The notes under the pieces are model-generated. The model worked only from the letters and a program-made list of their open reading frames with translations. It had not been told where the DNA came from and did not search any database. From an uncultured Alphaproteobacteria bacterium (lineage in GTDB: Bacteria > Pseudomonadota > Alphaproteobacteria > Rhizobiales > Xanthobacteraceae): DNA of 64,000 nucleotides. Location: the NCBI GenBank assembly GCA_963755895.1, contig CAVWMD010000027.1, positions 240,881-304,880 on the forward strand, in the 5' to 3' direction. The position numbers and the translations under genes were made by a program. Of the stretch, positions 10,068-19,296 are shown one piece after another. Every line of letters starts with the position of its first letter. Positions within the stretch are counted from its first letter, which is position 1.

Positions 10068-11662
10068 GCCGCGAGCGCCTCTATCTGTTCGACACCACGC
10101 TGCGCGACGGCGCGCAGACCAACGGCGTCGATTTCACGCTGCATGACAAGCAATTGATCGCCCACATGCTCGACGAACTCGGCATCGACTATGTCGAAGG
10201 CGGCTATCCCGGCGCCAATCCCACCGATACCGAATTCTTTGCCACCAAGCCAAAGCTTGATCATGCCCGCTTCACCGCGTTCGGGATGACCCGGCGCGCC
10301 GGGCGCTCGGCCTCCAACGATCCGGGCCTCGCGGGGCTCTTGGAAGCCAAGGCCGACGCGATCTGTTTTGTGGCAAAAGCCTCGGCCTATCAGGTGCGGG
10401 TGGCGCTGGAGACCACCAATGAAGAGAATCTCGCCTCGATCCGCGACAGCGTGAAGGCGGCCAAAGAAGCGGGCCGCGAAGTGATGCTCGACTGCGAGCA
10501 TTTCTTCGACGGCTACCAGGAAAATCCTGAGTTCGCGCTGGCCTGCGCCAAGGCGGCGTATGATTCAGGCGCGCGCTGGGTGGTGCTGTGTGACACCAAT
10601 GGCGGCACCATGCCGCACGAGGTCGAGACCATCGTCGGCGAGGTCATCAAGCAGATTCCGGGCGATCACGTCGGCATCCACGCCCATAACGATACTGAGC
10701 AGGCGGTCGCCAATTCGCTGGCCGCGGTGCGCGCGGGCGTCCGCCAGATCCAGGGTACGCTGAATGGCCTCGGCGAGCGCTGCGGCAATGCCAATCTGTG
10801 CTCGCTGATCCCCACGCTGCGGCTCAAGAAAGAATTTTCAGAGGCTTTCGAGATCGGCGTGTCCGAGGACAAGCTGGCGACCTTGATGAAGGTGTCGCGT
10901 ACGCTCGACGATATGCTCAATCGCGCGCCCAATCGCCACGCGCCCTATGTCGGCGAAAGCGCGTTCGTCACCAAGACCGGCATTCATGCCTCCGCGGTGA
11001 TGAAGGATCCGCACACTTATGAACATGTGTTGCCCGAACTGGTCGGCAATCACCGCAAGGTGCTGGTCTCCGATCAGGCCGGCCGTTCCAACGTCATCGC
11101 CGAACTCGACCGCGCCGGCATCGCCTACGACAAGGCTGACCCCAAGCTGGCGCGGTTGGTCGATGAATTGAAGGAGCGCGAAGCCGCCGGCTACGCCTAT
11201 GAATCCGCCGACGCGTCGTTCGACCTGCTGGCACGGCGCACGCTGGGCCGGGTGCCGGAATATTTTCAGGTCGAGCAATTCGACGTCAATGTCGAGCAGC
11301 GCTACAACGCCAACGGCCGGCGCGTCACGGTGGCGATGGCGGTGGTGAAGGTCGATGTCGCCGGCGAAAAATTGATCTCGGCAGCCGAGGGCAACGGCCC
11401 GGTCAACGCGCTCGACGTCGCGCTGCGCAAGGATCTCGGCAAATATCAGAAATATATCGAGGGCCTCAAGCTGGTCGACTACCGCGTGCGTATCCTCAAC
11501 GGCGGCACCGAGGCGGTGACGCGGGTGCTGATCGAGAGCGAAGACGAGGCAGGCGAGCGCTGGACCACGATCGGGGTGTCGCCAAATATCATCGACGCCT
11601 CGTTCCAGGCGCTGATGGATTCGGTGATCTACAAGTTGGTGAAGTCCGGCGCGCCGGCGTGA
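10064..11662 (+). CDS. cimA: citramalate synthase (LeuA/CimA family)
   Basis: LYLFDTTLRDGAQTNGVDF..HAHNDTEQAVANSLAAV..; about 533 aa with a C-terminal LeuA-dimer-like domain. The start overlaps the GNAT stop. Confidence 0.85.
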   Translation: MSRERLYLFDTTLRDGAQTNGVDFTLHDKQLIAHMLDELGIDYVEGGYPGANPTDTEFFATKPKLDHARFTAFGMTRRAGRSASNDPGLAGLLEAKADAICFVAKASAYQVRVALETTNEENLASIRDSVKAAKEAGREVMLDCEHFFDGYQENPEFALACAKAAYDSGARWVVLCDTNGGTMPHEVETIVGEVIKQIPGDHVGIHAHNDTEQAVANSLAAVRAGVRQIQGTLNGLGERCGNANLCSLIPTLRLKKEFSEAFEIGVSEDKLATLMKVSRTLDDMLNRAPNRHAPYVGESAFVTKTGIHASAVMKDPHTYEHVLPELVGNHRKVLVSDQAGRSNVIAELDRAGIAYDKADPKLARLVDELKEREAAGYAYESADASFDLLARRTLGRVPEYFQVEQFDVNVEQRYNANGRRVTVAMAVVKVDVAGEKLISAAEGNGPVNALDVALRKDLGKYQKYIEGLKLVDYRVRILNGGTEAVTRVLIESEDEAGERWTTIGVSPNIIDASFQALMDSVIYKLVKSGAPA

Positions 11663-11677
11663 GGCGAGGGGCCGCTC

Positions 11678-12055
11678 ATGATCGACCACGTCTCCGTTGG
11701 CGTCCGTGACCTCGAACGCGCCGCGCGTTTTTACGAGGCAACGCTGGCGGCGCTCGGGCTGTCGCGCCTCGTAACCCGGCCCGCGACGATCGGGTTCGGC
11801 AGGAGCTATCCGGAATTCTGGATCAATCTGCGCGCCGGAATGGCGCAAGTTCCGCCGGAAAGCGGCGTCCACATTTGCCTGCGCGCCAAATCGACCGGCG
11901 AGGTCGATGCGTTTCACGCCGCGGCGCTGGGCGCGGGCGGCCAATCCGACGGCGCTCCGGGACCGCGGCCACATGACCGCGTGCGCTACTACGCCGCCTT
12001 CGTCATTGATCCCGACGGCAACCGTATCGAAGCGGTGACGTTTCCGGCGGAGTGA
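11678..12055 (+). CDS. VOC family (glyoxalase/bleomycin resistance/dioxygenase) protein
   Basis: 125 aa. MIDHVSVGVRDLERAARFYEATLAALGL is a typical VOC N-terminus. Confidence 0.8.
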   Translation: MIDHVSVGVRDLERAARFYEATLAALGLSRLVTRPATIGFGRSYPEFWINLRAGMAQVPPESGVHICLRAKSTGEVDAFHAAALGAGGQSDGAPGPRPHDRVRYYAAFVIDPDGNRIEAVTFPAE

Positions 12056-12062
12056 CGCGATC

Positions 12063-12668
12063 TCAGAGTCTTCGAGCGACCTCGGGAGCCAGTTCCTCGG
12101 TGCCGTCAGGCGCCAGCGCCGCGGCGGCGCGCAGCCGCGGCAGAATATCGGCGACCCGTTCGGCTTTCAGGATGTCGACGGTCAGGGTTGGGCGAATAAA
12201 CGCGGTTGCGCGCATATGCGCCAGCAGCGCCAGCAGCGGTTCCCAGAAGCCATCGATATTGGCGAGCAGGACCGGCTTGCTGTGACGTCCGAGTTGCTGC
12301 CAGGTCAGTTGCTCGACCAGTTCCTCCAGCGTGCCGATGCCGCCGGGCAGCGCAACGAACGCGTCGGAGCGTTCGAACATCAGCCGCTTGCGCTCATGCA
12401 TGTCCGGCGTGACGATCATCTCCTGGACGTGCGCCAGCGCATTTTCCTTGGCTCGGAGGAAGTCCGGAATGATTCCGGTGACGGAGCCGCCGTGATCCAG
12501 GGTGGATTTGGCGACCGCGCCCATCAGGCCAACCGAGCCGCCGCCGTAGACAAGGCGGATACCGCTTTCGGCAAGGGCCTTGCCGAGTTCAACGGCCGTC
12601 TCAATAAAATGCGGATTTGTACCGGGACCGGAGCCGCAATAGACGCATACGGTTTTGATCTTGCTCAT
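12063..12668 (-). CDS. LOG family protein (cytokinin riboside 5'-monophosphate phosphoribohydrolase-like, TIGR00730)
   Basis: Contains VYGGGSVGLMG and PGGIGTLEEL motifs. Start taken at MSKIKTVCVYCGS; the track ORF extends upstream to 12791. Confidence 0.85.
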   Translation of the reverse strand: MSKIKTVCVYCGSGPGTNPHFIETAVELGKALAESGIRLVYGGGSVGLMGAVAKSTLDHGGSVTGIIPDFLRAKENALAHVQEMIVTPDMHERKRLMFERSDAFVALPGGIGTLEELVEQLTWQQLGRHSKPVLLANIDGFWEPLLALLAHMRATAFIRPTLTVDILKAERVADILPRLRAAAALAPDGTEELAPEVARRL

Positions 12669-12879
12669 GCCCGCCATGTGGCACTGCAGCGTAAAGCGCG
12701 TCAAGACCGGGTGCGGATAGAACAGTTGAATCTGCCGTAAATGCTTAAAATCGTGAAAGAACTGCCTCTGCGTGGGTAGCCGGCGCACCAAAACGCTCTA
12801 TATGACTACCGAATGTACATGAAGCGAAAAATACAGGCGGCGCCGCCTCGGCGCGCTGATTTGCCCCGGGTTGCTGCCG

Positions 12880-14844
12880 ATGGCTGATGTCAATTCGTCC
12901 AGCGCTGATTCGTCCGCCGGCGCAGCGTCAACCTCCGGCAAATTCGTCGAACGCGCGAGCCTGATCGGCACGCTGGCGCATCTATGGCCCTACATCTGGC
13001 CCGGCGATCGCGCCGACCTCAGGATGCGCGTGGTCTGGTCGGTGGTGCTGCTGCTGATCGCCAAGGTCACGACCTTGGCAGTGCCGTTTTCATTCAAATG
13101 GGCGGTCGATGCGTTGACGGGAGCCGACAGCGCTCCGGTGCAGGCGTCGAACTGGAAGCTGTGGCTGATCGCCTCGCCGTTGATCATGACCGGCAGTTAC
13201 GGCGCGTTGCGCGTCGTGATGGGGGTGATCACGCAATGGCGCGACGGTATCTTCGCCAAGGTGGCGATGCATGCGGTGCGCAAGCTCGCTTTTCTCACCT
13301 TCGTCCACATGCATGAACTGTCGTTGCGCTTTCATCTGGAGCGCAAGACCGGCGGCTTGACGCGGGTGCTCGAGCGCGGCCGGACCGGCATCGAGACCAT
13401 CGTCCGGATGGTGATCCTGCAACTGTTGCCGACCATCGTCGAGGTGGCGCTGCTGATGGCGGTGCTGCTGTGGAAATTCGACTGGCGTTATCTGGTCGCC
13501 ACGCTGCTCATGGTCGTGACGTTCATGTATTTTACCTACGTCGCGACCGAGTGGCGGATCGAGATTCGCCGCAAGATGAACGATTCCGATACCGAGGCCA
13601 ACACCAAGGCGATCAACTCGCTGTTGAACTATGAGACCGTGAAATATTTCGGCTCGGAGCAACGCGAGGCCGAGCGCTACGATCGTTCGATGGAACGTTA
13701 CGAACGTGCCAGCGTCAAGACCTACACGTCGCTCGCGCTTCTCAATACCGGGCAGGCCGTCATCTTCAGTGTCGGTCTCACCGGAACCATGCTGATGTGC
13801 GCGCTCGGCGTCCGCGCCGGCCACAATACCGTCGGCGATTTCGTCATGATCAACGCCATGATGATCCAGCTCTACCAGCCGCTGAATTTTATGGGCATGG
13901 TCTATCGCGAGATCAAGCAGGCGATCATCGACATCGAGAAGATGTTCGAGGTCTTGTCACGGAGGCCCGAAGTCAGGGATATCCCGGGGGCAAAACCCCT
14001 GATCGTGACGTCAGGCCATGTGCGCTTCGACAACGTGCGCTTTGCCTACGATCCCGAGCGGCCGATCCTGAAAGGCCTCAGCTTCGAGGTGCCGGCCGGC
14101 AAGACGGTCGCGATCGTCGGTCCATCCGGCGCCGGCAAATCGACGATCTCGCGGCTGTTGTTTCGTCTTTACGATGTCTCGGGCGGCCAGATCCTGATCG
14201 ACGGCCAGGACATCAGGAACGTGACCCAGGAGTCGCTGCGCGCCTCGATCGGCATGGTGCCGCAGGACACCGTATTGTTCAACGACACCATCCGCTACAA
14301 CATCCGTTATGGGCGTTGGGGCGCGAGCGATGCGGAAGTCGAGGAGGCCGCCCAACTGGCGCAGATCGACCGTTTCATCAAGTTGTCGCCGAAGGGCTAT
14401 GAGACCCAGGTCGGCGAGCGCGGCCTGAAACTGTCCGGCGGCGAGAAGCAGCGGGTGGCGATCGCGCGCACCGTGCTCAAGGCGCCGCCGATCCTGCTGC
14501 TCGACGAAGCGACATCGGCGCTCGACAGCCACACCGAGCATGAAATCCAGGGCGCGCTGGAGCGGGTGTCGCGCAACCGCACCTCGCTGGTGATCGCGCA
14601 CCGGCTGTCGACCATCGTCGGCGCCGACGAGATCATCGTGCTGGACCAGGGCCGGATCGCCGAGCGTGGGACGCATTCCCGGCTTTTGTCGACAGGCGGG
14701 CTTTACGCCAGTATGTGGAACCGGCAGCGCGAGGCCGAGGAAGCGCGCGAGAGACTGGCACGGATCGATGACGAGAACGAAGCACCGAACCGCGCGCCGC
14801 CACCGCTCGACGACACGCTGGCGACCCCGGCTGCGGCTGAGTGA
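12880..14844 (+). CDS. ABC transporter permease/ATP-binding fusion, Atm1/HMT1-like exporter
   Basis: Six-TM domain followed by an NBD with Walker A GPSGAGKST, signature LSGGEKQRVAIAR and Walker B LLLDEATSALD. The ERY-rich loop is typical of the Atm1 family. Confidence 0.88.
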   Translation: MADVNSSSADSSAGAASTSGKFVERASLIGTLAHLWPYIWPGDRADLRMRVVWSVVLLLIAKVTTLAVPFSFKWAVDALTGADSAPVQASNWKLWLIASPLIMTGSYGALRVVMGVITQWRDGIFAKVAMHAVRKLAFLTFVHMHELSLRFHLERKTGGLTRVLERGRTGIETIVRMVILQLLPTIVEVALLMAVLLWKFDWRYLVATLLMVVTFMYFTYVATEWRIEIRRKMNDSDTEANTKAINSLLNYETVKYFGSEQREAERYDRSMERYERASVKTYTSLALLNTGQAVIFSVGLTGTMLMCALGVRAGHNTVGDFVMINAMMIQLYQPLNFMGMVYREIKQAIIDIEKMFEVLSRRPEVRDIPGAKPLIVTSGHVRFDNVRFAYDPERPILKGLSFEVPAGKTVAIVGPSGAGKSTISRLLFRLYDVSGGQILIDGQDIRNVTQESLRASIGMVPQDTVLFNDTIRYNIRYGRWGASDAEVEEAAQLAQIDRFIKLSPKGYETQVGERGLKLSGGEKQRVAIARTVLKAPPILLLDEATSALDSHTEHEIQGALERVSRNRTSLVIAHRLSTIVGADEIIVLDQGRIAERGTHSRLLSTGGLYASMWNRQREAEEARERLARIDDENEAPNRAPPPLDDTLATPAAAE

Positions 14845-14884
14845 TTGATTCAATTTTCAAACAGCGGTGCTTGCTTTTCACCTC

Positions 14885-15655
14885 GCCCCGCTCGCGGGGA
14901 GAGTGAAAGCGCTCTCATTCCAACATCGTCATTGCGAGAAGCGCAGCGACGAAGCAATCCAGTCTTCCTTGGCGCCTCTGGATTGCTTCGTCGCTGCGCT
15001 TCTCGCAATGACGATGCGCCATGCTCCACCCACTACCGTCATACTCCGCGAAGGCGGAGTATCCAGTATGCCGCGAGTTTTCGATTCCATCACGAGCGTC
15101 TCGGAATACTGGATCGTCCACTTCGCGGACGATGACTGCGGAGACGTAGTGTGCGGACGCAAATCCACGATCTCGCGACAGTACTCGCCCGAGTTTTGCA
15201 AATTCATCCGCCCCCAAAAAAATAGAGGGCGCAGCGCGACCCTCAAGAGAGCGCGGGGAAGACCGGGTGCGCGCTGCACCCGCGGTCTCATGTGCAAATG
15301 GAAATAGCAAAACGCACATGAGCATACAGGTTCAGCGGAAGCAGCCCGGCCTTCCCTGCGCAATGGTTTTAACAGCTTATTTCGTGCTCTCCCCGGCGAG
15401 ACCAGAGCTTGTTTGTCACCGTCGCCCCCAGGAAGCGTGAGCTTCTTAGGAACTTGACACCAGCCATCGGGGCGTCAGGACCACACGACTTTGCCGTCCG
15501 CGTCACGCGCTGTTCGTCAAAAGCGCATCGGGGTCCATCGCTCCCCGCCCCAACGTCAGTGACGATGGCCAACGCCCCCTCTCACCGGGACGGGATGGCG
15601 AGGAATAAGTAGGTGAGTTGGGTCAAGAGTCAAGGATAATTTCTGAAAATCAGAA
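14885..15655. repeat. Copy B of the mosaic repeat (core about 15150..15655, inverted relative to 805..1290) plus extra REP modules
   Basis: See copy A. The segment 14885-15150 adds further modules, including atccagtat...atactggat and the 35 bp hairpin listed separately. Confidence 0.85.
14928..15012. repeat. Perfect 35 bp inverted repeat (hairpin) REP-like element
   Basis: gtcattgcgagaagcgcagcgacgaagcaatccag (14928-14962) and its exact reverse complement (14978-15012) are separated by a 15 nt loop. A half-copy occurs at about 1328-1358. Confidence 0.95.
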
Positions 15656-15683
15656 GTGCCATGGAGGTGCGAAGGGGACTTTT

Positions 15684-16865
15684 TCACGTGCTTCGGTCGC
15701 TTTCCAGGCGTTGCGGTCCAATACCCGCCACATCGCGATCGCCGCGATTGAGCTTTGTCACGTCGCCACCAGCCCAGGCCAGCACTTTCGGGTCCATCAC
15801 CCGGAACCAGAGCGGTGGAAGCGTCGCCAACCCGAACATCCCGGTATAGCCGTTCGGCAGCCGCGGGATGTCGTCGAAGTCGCGCAGCGACTGGTAGGGT
15901 CGCATCGGGTTGGCGTGATGGTCGGAATGGCGCTGCAGGTGGAGCGTCATCAGGTTCGATACGATGTGATTGGTGTTCCAGGAATGGCGTGGTTCGACCG
16001 ACTGGTAGCGCCCGTTCGGCAGCTTCTCGCGCAACAGCCCGTAGTGCTCGACATAATTGGCCTGGGTGAGCGCATACCAACCGAGGAAGTGATGGGCGAG
16101 AATGAACGGTGCTACCTTCCAGCCGAACACGGCAATCAGCGCGACGGCCACGACGAGCGTCAGTGCGAAGCCCTGCAGGATCTCATTGTCGATCGACCAG
16201 GCACCCTTGCCGCGCTTCGCCAACCGCTCGGCTTCATTGCGCCAGCCGCGCTTGAACGCCCCCGGTAGTTCACGCCCGGCGAAGGCGTAGATCAATTCGC
16301 CGAAGCGCGCGCTCGCCGGATCCTCCGGTGTCGCCACCCAGGTGTGATGGCCGCGGTTGTGCTCGATGCGAAAATGCGCGTAGCCCACCGCATTGTTGGC
16401 GAGCATGCCGAAAAAGCTGTTGAGCCGATCCGGCTTGTGGCCGAGTTCGTGCCCGATCAGAAGCGCGCCGCCGTCGATCGTGCCCACGCCGAGCAGAAGC
16501 GCCACGTAGGACCACCACGGCAGGTCCTGCGTGCCGATGAACGCAATCAGGGCGATGTAGTTCAACCATGGAAACACCACCGTGATGCGTGCAAGCCGCA
16601 GGTAGTAGGGGTCGGACTCCATTGCCGCGACCACCTCGGCCGGCGGATTATGCGTGTCTTCGCCGATCACGGCATCGAGCAGCGGGATGAGACCGAAGAT
16701 GAAGACAAAGGGAATGAGCGTCACGGCCGGGTTCGCTGTCCTGATGTAGAGCCAATAGGACAACAGCGGGATCAGCGGCGGAATGAAGGAGAGCATCCAC
16801 AAATAGCGCTTGCCGTCGCGATAGGTGATCGTCTCGCCGGCAGCGGTCTTGCCTGTGAAAATCAT
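15684..16865 (-). CDS. alkB: alkane 1-monooxygenase (integral-membrane di-iron hydroxylase)
   Basis: All AlkB His boxes are present: HELGHK, EHNRGHH, NYVEHYG, LQRHSDHHA. The ATG at 16865 follows a ggagga RBS. Confidence 0.92.
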   Translation of the reverse strand: MIFTGKTAAGETITYRDGKRYLWMLSFIPPLIPLLSYWLYIRTANPAVTLIPFVFIFGLIPLLDAVIGEDTHNPPAEVVAAMESDPYYLRLARITVVFPWLNYIALIAFIGTQDLPWWSYVALLLGVGTIDGGALLIGHELGHKPDRLNSFFGMLANNAVGYAHFRIEHNRGHHTWVATPEDPASARFGELIYAFAGRELPGAFKRGWRNEAERLAKRGKGAWSIDNEILQGFALTLVVAVALIAVFGWKVAPFILAHHFLGWYALTQANYVEHYGLLREKLPNGRYQSVEPRHSWNTNHIVSNLMTLHLQRHSDHHANPMRPYQSLRDFDDIPRLPNGYTGMFGLATLPPLWFRVMDPKVLAWAGGDVTKLNRGDRDVAGIGPQRLESDRST

Positions 16866-16994
16866 CGCGTTCCTCCAGCTTTTCCGGATCGGCGTGTTGC
16901 CGACTGTTTGGATGGAGGATGCCGCGGCACCGGCCTGCGTTGCCAGTTCCCGACAGGCCAAAATTGTGGCATTTTGCGCCAGCCTCAGTTCGCA

Positions 16995-18026
16995 ATGGAG
17001 ATCGCCGCCGCAATGCCTCGCGGACCGCAAAAACTAGACGCTCTGCAGGCACCGGTGTCCGCGGTCTACGCGCGGGCGCTGCTACGGCATTTCGGCAAGA
17101 GCGACGGCGAGCGCGATGAATTGCTGAAAGGCACGGGCATTCGGCAGCAAACCCTGGGCGAGCCGGGCGCCGACATGCCAGTGTCCGCGCTGGTGGCGCT
17201 GGCCACCAATATCACCCGCCGGCACGGCGAGTTATGGCCGCTGTCCGCGGCGACGGTCTGGTCGACCTCGCTGCAGGGTGCGCTCGATGTGGCGGCGCGG
17301 ACCGCACCAACAATCGAGGATGCGCTGAAGGCCGGCGCCCGCTTCGGGTCGATCCGTGCGCCATTCATCTGCAATCGGCTGCACGCGACCAGCAGGTCGA
17401 TCCAGATGGAGATCCTTCCCGCTATCCCCATGGACGACACGCTGTGGCGCGCAGTCGCGCTGGCTGTCGGTCTCAACGTACACGCGCTGTATTCGCAGCT
17501 GCTTGAGGATGCGATCGGACGCGCGACCCTCGCCTTTCCCTGGTCGCCGCCTGCGGGCGTCGCTCGGGTGTTGCCGCACTTTTCCTGCGCGCTGCAATTC
17601 GACGCCGCAGCTTTCATGTTCGACGTACCGAAAGACCTTTGCGCGCTCGCCTCGCCATTCGCGGACCTTCAACTGCACACCAAGGCGATCGAAGCGTTGG
17701 AAGCGGCCGGCGCGCGTCGATCGGACACAGCAGCGCTGGCACAGATTGTCGAAAGCCTGATCGCAGCACGCCTGCCACAACGCCTCAGCGAAGAAGACGC
17801 GGCGCGCCTGATCGGGACCTCGCGGCGCACCCTGGTGCGGCGCCTCGCCGAGGGCGGTCACGCCTTCCGGCCGCTGCTCGATGGCGTGCTGCGCGAGCGT
17901 GCCCGCACGATGCTTGCAGCCGGCGCGCAATCGCGAGACGGGATGGCGGCTATGCTCGGATACACCGACGCCACCAGTTTCAGCCGTGCCTGTCGGCGCT
18001 GGTTCGGCAGCGGGAGCGTGCGGTGA
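16995..18026 (+). CDS. AraC family transcriptional regulator (divergent from alkB)
   Basis: C-terminal HTH_AraC: LSEEDAARLIGTSRRTLVRRLAEGG...MLGYTDATSFSRACRRWFG. The start is ATG 16995 or 17013; the upstream part of the track ORF is antisense to alkB. Confidence 0.85.
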   Translation: MEIAAAMPRGPQKLDALQAPVSAVYARALLRHFGKSDGERDELLKGTGIRQQTLGEPGADMPVSALVALATNITRRHGELWPLSAATVWSTSLQGALDVAARTAPTIEDALKAGARFGSIRAPFICNRLHATSRSIQMEILPAIPMDDTLWRAVALAVGLNVHALYSQLLEDAIGRATLAFPWSPPAGVARVLPHFSCALQFDAAAFMFDVPKDLCALASPFADLQLHTKAIEALEAAGARRSDTAALAQIVESLIAARLPQRLSEEDAARLIGTSRRTLVRRLAEGGHAFRPLLDGVLRERARTMLAAGAQSRDGMAAMLGYTDATSFSRACRRWFGSGSVR

Positions 18027-18489
18027 ACAGATGCGCGCGACACCCGAAGCGGCGTGTGTCAAATTAAATCGCCTCAATAAATTCGATTTTGCGCGCGTCG
18101 CTACTTTGCCAGAGAAAGGATGACAGCCGCGCAATTTGGGCAACTCGCCGGATTTTCTTAAGGACTAGCAGCATCGAGTCTGGCGTCCACTGAGGCTAGC
18201 GCCGAAGTGATAGCGGCCCTTCAATCAAACGGTGTTACGGAGCAGGCCATCAGTATGGCCCAGCAATTTTACGAGCAAGTAGCAAATGCAAATCCACCGT
18301 GCCCGCGACGTCGCCTTGCTCCAAACACGTGCTGCTTCTTGCGAAATGTGAAGATCGCTCTCGCACCCACAGCAGCGAGAGAGATTTTGGGGTCGAACAT
18401 CCTCTTGGCTGACTTCCCCGACGGCGCCGCCTCTGGCTCGACCAATTTCACCTACAATTTTCACCTAACTTGAGCGCGCCGGGCCGCTA

Positions 18490-18526
18490 TATGGAATTAC
18501 TAAGTTGGCGTTATGGAATTGCTAAG
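18490..18526 (+). promoter_or_regulatory. Direct repeat tatggaatt(a/g)ctaag x2, candidate operator
   Basis: Two 15-mers (18490-18504 and 18512-18526) match 14/15 with 22 bp centre-to-centre spacing, about 145 bp upstream of the small ORF at 18671. Function is inferred only. Confidence 0.3.
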
Positions 18527-18670
18527 GCCAGGCCACCAAAGTTGAAGCGGCTCCCGTTAGTTGGGATAGACTAGAATTGCCGCCCCGGGTGTGCTACGCC
18601 AAGGCGGCGAGGAATATTGCGCATCCAGAATGACCGAACCCTTTGAATGGTGCGCGAGGGAGGATTTGAA

Positions 18671-18856
18671 ATGTCGCTTCGAGCCATCATCGTGAGTGCC
18701 GCCTGCGTTATTGTCGGCATCGCATTTTTCGCGACCGTCTCAACCGAGGCCTTTGCCCGCGATGCCGGGCTGCTTCGCCTTGACCACGGCCGCCACCATC
18801 ATCAACCCGCCCATCATGGCGGACGGGTGCACCGTGGGCACCCGGTCGCGCGCTAG
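18671..18856 (+). CDS. small exported His-rich peptide (hypothetical)
   Basis: The ATG follows a strong RBS (gagggagga). Signal peptide MSLRAIIVSAACVIVGIAFFATVSTEAFA, then a 32 aa mature part with 9 His (LDHGRHHHQPAHHGGRVHRGHP). Confidence 0.5.
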   Translation: MSLRAIIVSAACVIVGIAFFATVSTEAFARDAGLLRLDHGRHHHQPAHHGGRVHRGHPVAR

Positions 18857-19296
18857 AGCCTGCGTCCGCCCGGGCCCCGGCATTTGTCCGAGGCTTTTGT
18901 TGGCGGCCAGAACATGCGCCCGCGGATGCTGTTGCACGCAATCTGTATTTAACAGCGGGTGATGCCGCCTATCGGATGGTGTGGACGGCTCGTCCACCGG
19001 CATGTGCGTGCCATGGATGGGGGCTATTAAAGCTCCTACAATTCAAAATCTCCAGATTGTTGGGTCCTACGTTTTCGCGGAGGTGAATTCTCGTTTCTTT
19101 TAAGGGGCGTCGACCGGCGTTTCCGACATCGGCTTCCTTTGCCGGGAGCTTGCCTTGCCAAGTGAAACATCTTCGGAGGCCCCGCCTCACGAGCGAAAAA
19201 TCAGAAGCCCGCAGCGCCGACCGCAAGACAAGTGCGTGGCGGCCAAAATAGCGGAGAACATTCGAACACAGGCAAGGCGAAGAAGGGGTAATTCCA

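Noticed and set aside
10838-11974. 378 aa minus-strand ORF
   Set aside because: Antisense to cimA and the VOC gene. The composition (R/G/A/D-rich, no motifs) is typical of spurious ORFs in high-GC DNA. The same reasoning covers 8764-9609, 13090-13824, 14011-14853, 24134-24865, 25953-26765, 44790-45662, 48178-49380 and 51308-52072.
805-15655. Inverted repeats as the ends of a composite transposon or genomic island
   Set aside because: No transposase, integrase or target-site duplication was seen. The enclosed genes are core housekeeping at normal GC. The repeats are mosaics of common REP-like modules.
15684-18026. alkB-AraC pair as an incomplete or novel alkane oxidation system (no rubredoxin or rubredoxin reductase nearby)
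   Set aside because: Electron-transfer partners of AlkB are frequently encoded elsewhere in the genome. Their absence from a 64 kb window is not informative.
18207-18473. 88 aa GTG-initiated ORF in the low-GC island
   Set aside because: No RBS, no recognisable domain, and overlapping antisense ORFs of similar length. It is kept only as possible remnant sequence.
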